From Mytilus trossulus (lineage: Eukaryota), in the NCBI RefSeq assembly GCF_036588685.1, contig NC_086380.1, forward strand, positions 54,250,001 through 54,314,000: DNA of 64,000 bases, given 5' to 3'. Positions 39,554 through 53,059 of the stretch are shown here, one piece after another. Both the position numbers and the translations under genes were made by a program. Each line of letters opens with the position of its first letter. The stretch's first letter is position 1. The notes under the pieces are model-generated. The model was not told the origin of the DNA. It saw nothing but the letters and a program-made list of their open reading frames with translations, and made no database searches.

Positions 39554-40125
39554 GCCACTGCTGGTAGACGTTTCGTCTCCGAGGGTATCACACTCCCAGT
39601 AGCCAGTACTTTGATGTTGACATGAATATCAATTATATGGTCATTTGTATAAATTTTTTTTTTTTTATAATAGCCGTGTTTGGCACAACTTTTTGGAAAT
39701 TTGGATTCTCGATGCTCTTCAACTTTGTACTTGTTTTGCTTTTCAATATTTTAATATGAGCCTTTGAGTACCTTTGATGATTATTTTACATCACTGAATT
39801 GATGACAAGGCTAGTGGGCGTTTCATCCCTGAGGGTATTACCAGTCAAGTATTCAGCACTTCGATGTTGATATGAATATCAATCGTATGGTCATTTTTAT
39901 CCATTTCCAGTTTAAAAAACTTTTTTTTCTTCGAAAAAATAAGGATTTTTTTATACCATGTGTAAATAACCTTATCCATATTTTGCACAACTTTTTGAAA
40001 ATTTGAATCCTCGATGCTGTGCAACTTTATAAGTGTTTGGCTTTATAAGTGTTTTGATAGGAGCGTCACTGATTAGTCTTTTGTAGCCGAAACTAACTAA
40101 TCCTGATTCCTTTGATAACTACTTT
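39554..40125 (+). mobile_element. Tandem dimer of retrozyme monomers; first lacks the hammerhead, second has a remnant at 40061-40093
   Basis: Two collinear units, reverse-complement homologues of 31664-31890; gagcgtca-CTGATTA-gtct..agcc-GAAAC. Confidence 0.75.
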
Positions 40126-40706
40126 CAGATCGGTTTAGTTTATGTTAGTTATTTGCTCTGTTTGCTTGCTTTAGTGACAATATATGTATGACCATACTTG
40201 TTTGTTCTTTCTTTCAGATGAATATATATAATCGGTAATAGATTTGAAAAAAAACCACTGATATTCAATCGATCAACTTCAAGATCAGATCATTGCAAAC
40301 TAATACTTGAAAGGTATTATCAAAGATTGCAGTTTAATGTTATAAGCATAAGAATAGATTTGAAAATTAAAGCTATGTCAAACTATGGAACGATAAGTTA
40401 TATATATTATTAAAAGTTAACACTTTCAGGTGTGTTTCTGTAGTGTTAAGAAAAAAATATATAAAAAGGAATTATTAAATAGATGCGTTTGTTTGAATTT
40501 ATATCTTATATGAATATATGTATTTTTTTTACAAAGGGATAATACTGCATACATCTCATTTGTATACATTGAAAACAAAACATAAGAGCCATCAATTAAA
40601 TTTGTATTGGAAATATTCGATTTTTTCGTCATGGTAACAACTGCTTATGAAAAATAAATATTTCTTATAAAATGAATATGCATGGTTAGTTTTTCTAGAA
40701 AGAGAA

Positions 40707-40773
40707 ATGTTCAAGTTGAAAAGGACTGCTTATTTCGTTTCGATCAAGTTACTTCTGTTGTTTATTTATAGTG
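40707..40773 (+). CDS. FAMeT-PAN gene copy 2, exon 1 (signal peptide MFKLKRTAYFVSIKLLLLFIYS)
   Basis: ATG at 40707; basic then hydrophobic N-terminus; phase-1 donor G|gtaatt at 40773/40774 joins in frame to exon 2 (G+CA=Ala). Flanks resemble those of copy-1 exon 1. Confidence 0.7.
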
Positions 40774-42192
40774 GTAATTTTTTTTTGTAGAATTTGCAAA
40801 TGTTACATATACATGTTCTTCATCTTTGTTTGCCACTAATTGTTTAATATTTATTACTTGATAAGGATTCATATACATTTCATTTGTCGACGGAGTTTTA
40901 GGGAGTATGACCATTTAGTGCCGACAATCATCTCTTTTCAGAAAAAAATAAAGAATTAAAAAGTTTAACGTATACGTGTTTTAGACGTTTGTGTTAAGTT
41001 AAGCTAAATGGTTATAATACAAATTATTTAGTGCAAATGTTATGGTTGTAATAGTAAAATATGCTGGTATTTGTTTTTCAATATTTTAATTTCAGACTAT
41101 CCCGAGTTTAACACTACAGTTGTTAATGGTTTTTTGGAGACTTGATTTAAAAATGCATTGGATATGTTATTTTGATGTTTAAAAAACATTAGTTTCCGTC
41201 AGATTATGCATATAATAAGACAAAATACAACGATTAAATGTACAGCTATAATCTTTCGCCCCACTTTCATATGAGTTTCAATATATTATGAAGTTTTTGA
41301 ATTTTCAATGGGGACGTCTCATGCGTCACTAAATGCAAATTTCATGTCTCATTGAGAGTAACAATGTCATCAAAGACAAATCAAAACAACATATGATACA
41401 CAACTTTAATTATGACACTTTTCGATGTTTGGATACTATATCAGGTTTCCATAATGACGGATTAAGTATACCAAAGAGATATATCCTGCTTAAATGACTT
41501 TAAATACATCTTATTCTAACAATGAAATCTGTCCTTCGCAAGGTTAATTAAGTATCAATGTGTTTGTCTTGATAAAAATCATCAGGAAACAAGATGTTTA
41601 TTAATTTTCAAGAAGACATATTCATCAGTTTAGCTACAGTCAAATCAATTAAAAGCCGAAACAAGTTCAATGAATATTATTATATTTGGTAAATTAGTAG
41701 GTCTGGTATGGGCCGATTTTTGCATGGTTCGTCTGACGAAAGATGTAGTAATTCAAAGTGGTCCGATTCAAGCGTAGATAGGACAAATCTATCAAATATG
41801 CCGAAAAATCTCACTTTTCAGATGTTTTTTTTTGTGAAAAATGATATTGACCCGTGTGTATCCTTAAGCATTACATATGGTATATATCATCATCAAATAC
41901 AACTTATATTGTTATATTTGAATAGTAAAAATTCATTAAAAACGGAAACTCGAAAATTACACTGAAATGTTGAAATTGTGTAAATTTCAGTAAGTTAACT
42001 GATTGCATGCTGTTAGTACCAGAAATATGTCAATTGTATTGTCAAAAAAAGATCATATTTATATAGCAGAAGTACTCTTCTTTCCAATGAATAGCTAAAA
42101 GTTTGAAACATTTATTTACAGACTGCTATTTGTAGAACCCAAAAGGTCTTACTGAACTAACTGTTCTCCTTTAAATTAATATATAATTCCAG

Positions 42193-42687
42193 CAAATGGT
42201 GCAGATGCAATATTAAACCAAACCTTTAACAGTGGTAATATTGATGCTGATTCAACACCAGATGTTTTTAATTATTACACAAATCTGTCCGAATACCACT
42301 TATTTCCGTCACAGAACAAGATGTTCAGGTTTGGAGTCGAAGCTTGTCATGATGCATTCATTCTGTTATCATCTGTAGTCAATCTACAGTCGCAAGACTT
42401 TTATGAAATTTGTATCGGTGGAACAGATAACACAGCGTCAAGCTTTCGTCGGAAGTACAACACTGGGAACACTCTTTTTATTTTTACACCAGAAATTTTA
42501 AACTGCACTGAAAAACGGACAATAACTTTGAAATGGACATTCAACGGAGAACTAACACTTCTTAAAGAAATCAATGGCGGAACGGAAGTAGTAATGACAT
42601 GGACAGATCCCAACCCAATACCTATACATGGTGTAGGAATCATGACTGGATGGGGAGCAGACGGACTTTGGACTATAGAATATCCGT
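42193..42687 (+). CDS. FAMeT-PAN gene copy 2, exon 2: farnesoic-acid-O-methyltransferase-like (Methyltransf_FA) domain
   Basis: Acceptor ttccag|; 495-nt open phase-1 exon; motifs F-V-ACHDAFILLS, FYEICIGG-N-S-RR, ILNCTE-R, WTDPNPIPI-GVGIMTGWGADGLW typical of Methyltransf_FA; donor T|gtaagt. Confidence 0.9.
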
Positions 42688-42984
42688 GTAAGTTAACTAA
42701 TTTGTATAATTGTATCATTAATTCATCGAGTTCGAGTAAGTTATAAAGTATCAGTGCCAAACCTTCAATTGTTGGTATTCTCTAACGTATCTAAGTTAAT
42801 AAGCGTGTTTTGGTTCACAATGATCGGTTTATAACATCACCATCAGCTGTATATTGTTCAGGGACTGGAAGAACTCAATCAAAAATAGAGCATATACGTT
42901 GTTGTCTTCATTGACGGGTGTAAAACAATTCGTTATGTATTATGGTAGGCCTATACTAATCTGTATAAGAGAAATAAGGATAGT

Positions 42985-43360
42985 TTATTACGAGTTGGTT
43001 GACCGTTATGGAATAACCGTTTCACAAATGATATCGGATATGTTCCTTACGTCGTAACTACAATCCCCTTCCCTTTCATGAATTTGACCTACCGAATTAG
43101 ACTATTTACCGGATTTGTAATCACATAAGCAACATGACGGGTGCCGCATGTGGAGCAGGATCTGCTTACCCTTCCGGAGCACCTGAGATCACCCCTAGTT
43201 TTTGGTTGGGTTCGTGTTGTTTATTCTTTAGTTTTCTATGTTGTGTCATGTGTACTATTGTTTTTCTGTTTGTCTTTTTCATTTTTAGCCATGGCGTTGT
43301 CAGTTTGTTTTAGATTTACGGGTTTGACTGTCCCTTTGATTTCTTTCGTCCCTCTTTTAT
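42985..43360 (+). mobile_element. Penelope-like 3'-end repeat in intron 2 of copy 2
   Basis: Near-identical to the reverse complement of 62110-62455 and homologous to the tail of the 20295-22310 fragment. Confidence 0.75.
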
Positions 43361-43551
43361 TAATGATTTTAGTTTATTTCATATGAAAAAAATTAAAACG
43401 AGACTATCAGGTTATCTTTCTTATGAACCTCATATCCGAATATTTGAAAGAAAATTAAGGATCTATAAAAAAAATATTTTACCAAAACGTTATATATATG
43501 GTCAGAGGAAATCAATGCAATCATGAAAAAGTGTATCATTTCATTTTTTAG

Positions 43552-43781
43552 CTTTCCTTATCGGACGTTTCTGTGGTATACCAACAACATATGGTAATAT
43601 GATGTTACTTTCAACCTCAATTAAACGCACTAGAATAATCTGCTTGTCCATATGTTCTCCGAACCGTGCTTGCCATGGAGTCAACTTTAATAAGGAAACA
43701 AATGATTGCGAGGTTGTGTCTAGTGGACAGATAATCCAAACCATCAGTCGTCAGGATTGGTCATTCTATACAAAATGTTAA
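43552..43781 (+). CDS. FAMeT-PAN gene copy 2, exon 3: PAN/apple-like domain and stop (spliced CDS 792 nt, 263 aa)
   Basis: Acceptor tttttag|CT; 230 nt; six Cys in the pattern C..CxxxC..CxGVNF..C..C-stop, PAN/apple-like; in frame with exon 2. Confidence 0.85.
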
Positions 43782-45370
43782 AATTAGTCTAGCCTTAATG
43801 TTTTAAAACATTGGTAAACATTGCTTATTCATGTTATTGGAGGTTTTATCTTCTGTACAAGTGAAAAAAAATAGATAAGTTTAAATTGTAAAAGATGAAA
43901 TTATAGCGTTCGTTTATTATTGTATTTTTACATGGAAAAATATTAAAGTTTATTTATTTCGACCTTTGTGACTAAGAAATTAAAATGCTATTCCTTTTTT
44001 GCAGAGTGTTTTTTTTTTTATTTGAGTGATACCTATGACTTTGTTCTAAAAAATAAAAACATCAAATCGAATGTAAATGGTTTTTAATTATTTGTGACCT
44101 CCTAATCATAGTATAGATATATTAGGGGGGGGGGGGGGGGGGAGAAAAGTTGAACTATTTATTTTAATATACATAAAAAGACACTGAGAACTGTATAATT
44201 AAACATTACTAAACATACTAATAAATTAGAAAGAAATATATATGAGTTACATATACAAATGGCAAGCATTTAAATGAAATACATCCCACTGATGGTGTAA
44301 AAAATGTTAAACGTATTCAATATAAATGATTGCCATCTCTTCACGACAGTTTAGTTGAAGAAGAAGTTGACACATTATAATCCAAACGTTTCGTGAATTT
44401 GCTTAAGTTATAATAATTTGAAAATCTGAAAGTTTATCAATGAATTAAGTATGTTTTAATTAGGTTCGATCAGTTCAAAAATACGCACTTCTGCAAGTTC
44501 AAACTCCACTTTAGCATTGAATCGCAGTAATAAATAGTTTATAAGAACAACCAGATAGATTTTTTTTTAAATATAGTATCGCTGTTCAACCTAATTTTTC
44601 ATCAACTTACAACTTTATTTGATCACTGAGACACCAACATACATGTTACAAGAGGAAAACAATAATTACATATATACAAGCAATACAAAACAATGGAGGT
44701 CATAACAGGAGAAAATAAACATAAATACATTTTCAACAAGATACGTACGAGTAAAGTATGAATAATCGATCCATTTGATCATTAATCATATCGCAACATT
44801 TCCAACACAACAATTCATCTTAAATATGTACCATTTGTTCCAGTTTTAAGTGAACTCTGTTTCAAAGTAATTAACTTTCAAAACACTAGTTTATATTGAT
44901 GAGGAATTAATAAAGATGGCTTATTATTATACATGTTAAAGAATTTCAAAAAGAAAAATGGGGGACACCGGGCAAATTTGTTCAAGGCATTCAAATGGAA
45001 CAGAGGATTCCGAAAATCTGACAAAAAAACCAAAACATGACTAGCCAGCTTCCTAAAACAAAAAATGAGAACTGAATAATATGTAGTAAACTCTCGATAC
45101 CTTTACTTCAAAAGTATTTTATTGGAATCTGTCGTTATTGAATTGTTTGTGCTCCTTCAGACATGTATCACAACTTATTTAGTGTGATGGAAAAGAAGAT
45201 GTCTGTTTGTATTGTTCACACATCGGTCTCAATATAATGAATATTGATGCAACTGTTATACAAGTAAGATGTGTATCGCTATAAAACCAAATTTGATCCA
45301 CCTTTTTCTAAATAAGATAGCCTGTATCAAGTCAGGAATATGACAGATCTTGTTATCATTTCGTTTGACG

Positions 45371-48300
45371 CGCAGCGATGTTAAGGCCTTTTCAAAAAAA
45401 TTCCCATTTTTATACACAAGAAACATCATATTGAACTCAGAGCTATTTTTCAGTGTCTAAAAGCCAAAATACACGTCAAAGGAGTAAACGGAGGGGAAAG
45501 GGTCTATTCTGATTTACTATCCAAACTTTTATTTATAGAAAAATATAAATACACTAGTGTCACGTGACTTCAAACTGAAAGTAACGACATTTTCCAAAAA
45601 AGTCAAAAGTGCAGGTTGAAGATGAAATCGGATCGCGCTGATTTTGGGCTCCCTGTAATCGGCATAACTTGTTTTACTTGAAAAGTGCTGCTACTAGTTT
45701 TTTATTAGATGTTTTGTAAATAAAAAACAATAAAACATGGAGAATTTTATCGATTTATTGACTTTTTGGCACTTCGGGTTGTGAAATTTCTGTTACACGA
45801 AAGCTTTATAACTAGTAGCAGCACTTTTTGAAAAATATGGAATATAGCCTTTCTACCAGTACCAGAATTTAGTGGGTTGGTATAGCTCTTGTACCTGCAC
45901 TTTTCAATTTTTTTTACGTGTAGTAACATAATCGCCATGTATTGCAAGAAAAAAGCGTTTGAAAGACTTTGTAATAGTCGGATCCGCTGACGGAAAAACT
46001 ATGTGTATTATTGTTTTCACCGGCGATTTATGTAATAATATGATTGAGCGAATAAACAAATATGCTCGTATTGCTTGCTTTATCATTTGAAGGGAAACAA
46101 TTCAGAATTATTCAGGTCATTAGTATATGTTTATGTGTAGCCCTCTAAACGTCGATTAGTGTGTGGGCACGCACCCCTCCCCCTTTTTTGGTTCAAATTC
46201 GGAATCCGCATCTTGGGTGTTTGTATAACTATAATTTCACAAGTGTGAGTTCAATATATAAATTAATAGATTGGCCTACTATGCCTCTTTTAGTGTGTGT
46301 GTAATGTAAACCATTAACATTTTACTGAAAAAAGCTTCATTTTCATAAAGAATCCAGAAATTCATGATTTTTTTGTTTGATCGGTGTGTCATTGGTTATT
46401 TTTAAATTTAAATAAAATAACCTACCTGCATAATAATATTCAAATTTTACTTGTTGAATATCTGCTGTTAATCAAGTGTGACTGGTATCATTTGTTAATC
46501 ATGATTGGGAGGTCTTTTTGAATTTGTTCTCATGGCCGGGGCATGCACTGGCCCGAAGAGGTTTTTTTTGCCTTTAAATGTTTATGATTTTTCAACAGGT
46601 GTCAGGCTTGTTTTTTTTGTTATGTCCCTGGTTATTTCCTGTATTTTGTTGTACATAATATTTCTTTTCAACCCATCCATTGCCATATGATATATTACAT
46701 GTATTACTTATTCTAACATTCCTAGTTACTTGGTAAAATTATTCTGCCCTCCTATTTTTGTTTGGAATATTTAAAGGCAAAAACCAGCATTAACATGGGG
46801 GATATGATTCTGTTCTCATTCAGTTTTAATATTTGCACAAACTATTTTTTTAGAGTAAGGATAAGAAGCTGTGGCATCGAGTACTCAAAACTTAAAAAAA
46901 AAAAAAAAGTCCATTGAGGTCGAACAAATTATATCCGACACATGTACCTATGATTCGATCTGCAGCCTTGTCATATGCAACTTAATTTCTCAACCTTAAA
47001 AGTTAAGTATACAATTTTACCATTATGTTGGAAATAGTGTCTGTTTTTTATGTCGCTCATTTTGTATTAAAATCCTGCCTACTGTACAAAGTGGCCACCA
47101 ATACAAATGGACAGCGAAGAAAAAGCTGCAAGTGCTTACGTGACATTCAGCACAATCAACATGATCAATCATGTTTTCAATGCAGAGATTGGAGCCAACT
47201 GAAAAAGTATTTCTTTTCTGTCAGAATAAAAGAAATTCTATGTACCAGTATACATGTACAATGTATACAATGTATATACAAATACATTAATAACCAACAT
47301 GCTTAATACATGTATATATATACATGTAACTATTTTAACATACACAATCAAAAAGTTTCAGATGAATGAATCATGATATACATACATGTAGGAGACAGGA
47401 CCAAAAAGTCAGTAGGAAAGTAAAAATGATACATTTATATACATGTAAACACTTATAAAACTACTGCCTACCAAAAGTCATGGGTAAATATTTACCTGAC
47501 CAAATCATAAAATTAACACAACTTAATTGTTAAGCAAAGCTTCATTGGCAATTATACCACATCATGACATCTTACTTTTTGTATCAAATTCTAGATGTAC
47601 TAACTATATATATGTACATAAATATAAACGAGTATGATACATTTAAATTTAAAATAAGAAGAAACTGAGTTCTGTCTGTGTGTTGGGAATGCTCTCTCAT
47701 TGCCATACATGTATACACTGTAATGTGGTAATCAAATGAAGGAATCATGATAAAGGGGTCATGACTAATATAATATAATTCCCATTTCCAAGTATACCTG
47801 TAGAAAAGTTAGATAAACATGAACATATGATGTACATGTATATACATTGTAAAGGTACAGATGTACAAAACTATAGCATCATGATATAAATGCAAACAAA
47901 GAGAAATACAATTTTGTTTGGTTCAAACATTGTGTGGCTGTTACACTTGTAGTCTAATACAGAGGTGTTGCTCAGCATTGAAGGCCAACATCAATTTAAC
48001 CAACAACTTAATTAAAACACTTTATTATGCTTTTGAACCTTTTGTAAACCTGAAGTTTGTGTGTCATGAATTGAGAATGAAATATAAATCATGACAAAAT
48101 ATGATTTTCTTGTTCTCTGGTGGCCAATACATAAATGTACATGTATATGACTATTTGTTTCCTGAGGGAGAGTTGTTTCATTGGCAATCATATGTCATAT
48201 TCTTACTTTTATTATTACATGTACATGTAACTCCATTAGTGGTGCATCAGTGAATTGCATGCATACATTGTACAAATGTACATATCTGTAAGTCTTAATA

Positions 48301-51300
48301 CTGGTATGGTTAATATTTATATTGAATCGCCTGTAATCGCCATAAAAATAACAAAACACTCATATAAGACTTATAAATTTATATTTCAATATTCCTCTTT
48401 ACCATGATTACAAATGTACAATTCAACTGAATGGCATGTCTAGTGTAGATCTCTCACTCATCTTGGTTAGATATTGCAGAATTTTTAAAAAGATTTCATG
48501 AAAGAGACAACAAATTCCATTTTTTTTTCATCCATGAACACACAATTTTTTAACTGAAATCCTTTTTGCAGCTCCTATTCTAAGAATATTCACAAATCTC
48601 TGAACTGCCATTATGTATATTTGGACATCATTTTAACTGAGATAACAACATCAACTTCAATAATGATGAAAAAGAAGTTAAATTGTCCAATTAATATTCC
48701 TCGGTTTTTCAGCATCAAAACACTAAATTCCAATTCATTTGGTCTTGAAACTGTCAATGCTTCTGCTTAGAATGGTACATTATGTAGAATAGCTGTCTTT
48801 TTTTCACAAACATATTTGGTAGCTTTCTAAACACATTTTTATCACATCTTCCATAATCATGGTAATGGCCATGATGAGTTATAAGCAACTTTTAACTGGT
48901 GTCAGCTGACTGCAGGTCTATTAAGGTCTTCATCCCTGAAATAAAAAAAAGACCCAAATATAATACATGTACAATGTATACATGTTTATCAACTGAAATT
49001 TTTAAAATGAAAAAGTAATTCAAAGTTAGTGCAAACATACTTCTTCAAAAAGGTACGATTAAAATTCTAACGAAATAATTTCCATCCTTTTTTACCTGTA
49101 GTATTAATGTCTTCATTCAACATTTGAACAAAATATAAATTTTCAACATGCATTTTAAAAAGGTGCACTATGTTATAAATATTTAAATTTATGTATAATG
49201 TTTAACTTCATTATTTTATATCTCCTTTTCCAAATGTGAACAATGACAGGAATACTTCAATATCAACATGATCACAAGAAATTTGAGCTAGCAAGTTCAG
49301 TATATTATTATAGGCCTAGGTGTATCTGTCATGTCTGTGTAAATAAATACTATTGCTGGTACAGAAGCTTCATTTTCAATTAAGAAATTATCATGATCAT
49401 TTATATTGGCTACATAAACTATTGTATTGCAATTCATGAAGAATGGAAAATTGTGATATCAATAATTGCTATTTCAGAAAATATTTACATACATCATACA
49501 ATCTTCTCACGATGTAATAAAACAGAAATTTATTTGCACATACATGTACATGTATCATAAAATCTTGAAGAAAAGCCTGACTTGCTAATATACATGTAAT
49601 CAACTTAAACCCCCCCCCCCCCCCACCCCCACCCCCACACACATCCTGTACATATATGTATGACTGTGTCTGTAATTAAACATTTGTTGTTTGTTTGTTC
49701 ATTCATTTTCCCCACATAAATTAGGCCAATAGTTTTCTCCTTGTTAATAAACATTTATGATTTTGGGCCTTTTCTGTGTTTTCTCATTGTTGAAGGCTAT
49801 TATGCCTAAATGGTGACCTATGGTTTTTAATTTCTGTTTCTGTCTCATTGTACAACAGTTAGATAATTGCAGGATAAACAATTTACCTGTCTATAATAAA
49901 GATCCCAAATTCAAACCATTACTTTATATTTCATCAAAGCTTGAATGCCATACTGTTACTTCAGTCCTGTAATTCTCAGGCAAGCTAAAAAAAAAATTGT
50001 AATATAATATACTTTTGAAAAATTGATAACAACACGTTTAATAATTTCATGCGTCCATAGCAAATGTAACATGTATGATCATGATAATGAATCATAATCT
50101 TTTTTAATATAAAGAAATTACTTTTGCCACACAAGTTTGTTTATAATGCAAATTAAATGAACTAATGTCATGATACGGATGTTGCTAATTTATGATTAAC
50201 TAGAAGTGCTGAGAGCACTACTCAAAATAGCCTGGCAGCTCCCATGCCCTCCCCAAACAAAAAATTAAAAAAAATAATCAGAAACAAACAAGTGAATCTG
50301 TGAGCTACTGATAACTTATGATACCCCCATAAACTTTAACAATTTTAAGGTACACAGGAAGTTGTTGAGTGATGAAGATGAAATAGCATTACATGCATGG
50401 TATTGCTAACTCATATATAAACCCTGAAAGCAAATTTAAGAAATCCTTGTATTTTTCCTGAGAACATAACTTTAATATATAGTCAGTCTGACTAGAGACA
50501 AGAAATAGATTATAGTTCGATTCTGTTTACTGGGGATATATAGCTTTGAGTGCACGTGATGGATTTAATTCCAACCAACATTGAACAGGGACAGAGTTTA
50601 GATATTTGATGTCAAACATGTGTTTTAGAGGGAAAGTGTATGCAGTGACTATTCAATTTATAACTGACAATAATTATTATCTGTAAATATATATATATAC
50701 ACGAGTCTAAATTGAAAACTACGTTTAAACCTATGATTGCGTTGGATAAAAACCGCAATTTTTATACGTGTGCATGTAAAACAATTTGTTTTGTAGAAGG
50801 GTATAAAAACAGCACAAACAACATTTTCCAAAAGACATATATATATATAATATAAAAATAATATGTCAAAGTAGGCAGTCATGATGAGCAAATTATATAT
50901 TAATTAGCCTCAGATCATTGCTTCTTTTGGTCTTTTCTTAGGCCAATATATACATTTATATATATCATGTATATAAGTCTGTTTATGGTTACCTGACCTA
51001 CCCTTTTTTTGAGCACTGACCCTTTAAATAGTCATTTTATTTCCGTTGTAAAGTGAAAAGTAAACTGAACTCGAGTCAAAAGTACATTTACATTTTTGTA
51101 GTGTTGCCAATAATATAAGTCAATTGCTTGATACATCCTAATGTTCACAATCGTTAATATGGCAGCTCTTTTAAGAAAATTTCACATCTTGCGTGATGAA
51201 ATAAATACTTTGCCATCATTTTTTCCAACCAATAAAAAAGGGAAATAATACAATCTTTAAAAATACAGGTAAACTCGGCCCATGACAAGATAAAACCCCT

Positions 51301-53059
51301 GACTCTAAATCATGCCAAAAAATAAAATAAAAATACTATTTTATTTTAGCTTTGAGCTTTGCTTCAAAAAATGATAAAGCTAACTCTGGAACTTTTGGAG
51401 GTTACAATTAAATATGTACATGGACTGCTTAATAAGACATAGTCCAAATAATTATGACGTCTGGCAAGGCTATTTAAATGTTTTTCTTGGACGCCTTCCT
51501 ACTGGTGTCTCAGATAAAAATAAAAATAGTCTTGCCAGACGTCTTAATTATATGGACTATTACCAATAACAGACGAACAAAAAAAAATGTTTGTTAGGGA
51601 TGATGAATTGAAATTTAAAGGTGGTTTAGATGTTGTCCAAATAATTACGACGCCTTGAAAAGCTATTTTATTTTTCTTTACTTTGACGCGCCTTACTTTA
51701 ATCTTGAAAAGCTTTTTTTTTCCTCGACGCCTTACTTTTTTTATAACAGCTTTTCAACACGTCATAATTATTTGGAGTAGTTTTGATGAGGAATAATAAG
51801 CCCCGGCAAATTATATAATTACAGAATCAATGGCAAGATTAGTCCTAATAATTATTAATTGGAAGCAAATTATACATGTATTTGCCCTTTATAATACAGT
51901 TTATGCATATTATCATTAAACAGTTAAAAAGGTGATAAGAGGCACAGGCACAAGTTTTTTTTAGTCCAAATAATTATGACGTCTTGAAAGGCTATTATAT
52001 TTTTTTTTTCTTTGGCGCCTTACATCGACGTAAGGCGTCAAAGAAAAAAAATATAATAGCCTTTCAAGACGTCATAATTATTTGGACTAGTTTTTTTATG
52101 CTATTCGTCATTTTCCTAAATTATCTGACACAAGATGAACAGGTTGGGGTCAAGTCATGAAACATGGGGTGGTCCTAGGTTTGTGGGATCAATACGTTTT
52201 TTAGGGGTCGAAAACCCAAAAAAAAGTGGGGTAAAAAACTTCATAATTTGTGTGGACCCCTATGAAGAAGGACCCCTGTATTTCTGTGTCTTTCGTATAA
52301 AAAGGATGGATACTGGCCATGGTTGAAATTAAATATTGCAACACGTGGTTTATATTTCTGTCCTATGCACATGATGCATAAGCTTAGTCCAAATAATTAT
52401 GACGTCTCGAAAGGCTATAATATTTTTTTTCTTTGACGCCTTACTTCGACGCCTTACGTCTAAGTAAGGCGTCAAAGAAAAAAATTATAATAGCCTTTCA
52501 AGACGTCATAATTATTTGGACTAGCATAAGCCATGCCATATTTTTAGTATGATATCTCGAGATTATATACCTGAAAGCGATACATTACACCATTTTGCCC
52601 AGACATTGGATCATATTGAATAAATTTTCCATTTTTTCTCATTAGTTTCTTCAACCAGGTCGTTTAAATATCAACTAACAAGTGTCAGGCTGCTTCAATT
52701 ATCTTCAATTAACAGACTTGCAAACTGCAAGCTTCTCGGCTACATAGATTTTCCAAATAAGGTAAACAGTGGGCGGAGCTTAAACTCCGCTTGCGATCTT
52801 TCTTTTGATAAATACAGCTTTCATTCAAATTATTTCTATTATTTGATGTGAAAATACAATATAATATGAAAAAAGACACCATATGTGATATATTTCATCA
52901 TTTATGCGATACTCGAAACTTACCTATTGCTACATTTATAACTGTGTCTGCAACGTCAAAAGTCGCCCGCCATTAAACATGTTGATCCACATAGGGGAAA
53001 TAACTCCTGCACTATTTTTTTATTCGGTTTTGCGGGAAAATCACCTTAATGTCACTGCG
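45371..53059. mobile_element. 7.7-kb TIR DNA element with 2-bp TSD (EnSpm/CACTA-like) splitting a SINE-like repeat
   Basis: TIR CGCAGCGATGTTAAGG vs revcomp CGCAGTGACATTAAGG (13/16); CG duplicated at 45369-45370 and 53060-53061; joining the flanks restores a repeat like the intact copy at 59450-59662. Confidence 0.75.
51440..52523. mobile_element. Four fold-back MITEs with TAGTCC..GGACTA ends (51440-51559, 51633-51779, 51962-52089, 52385-52523), Academ-like
   Basis: 120-150 bp near-perfect palindromes; 8-9 bp TSD visible on two copies (gttttttt; gcataagct/gcataagcc). Confidence 0.75.

Noticed and set aside
43141-43386. Similar ORFs MPH-EQDLLTL.. here and at 62082-62273 as a small membrane-protein family
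   Set aside because: Both fall in the 3' region of the Penelope-like repeat; the similarity is repeat homology.
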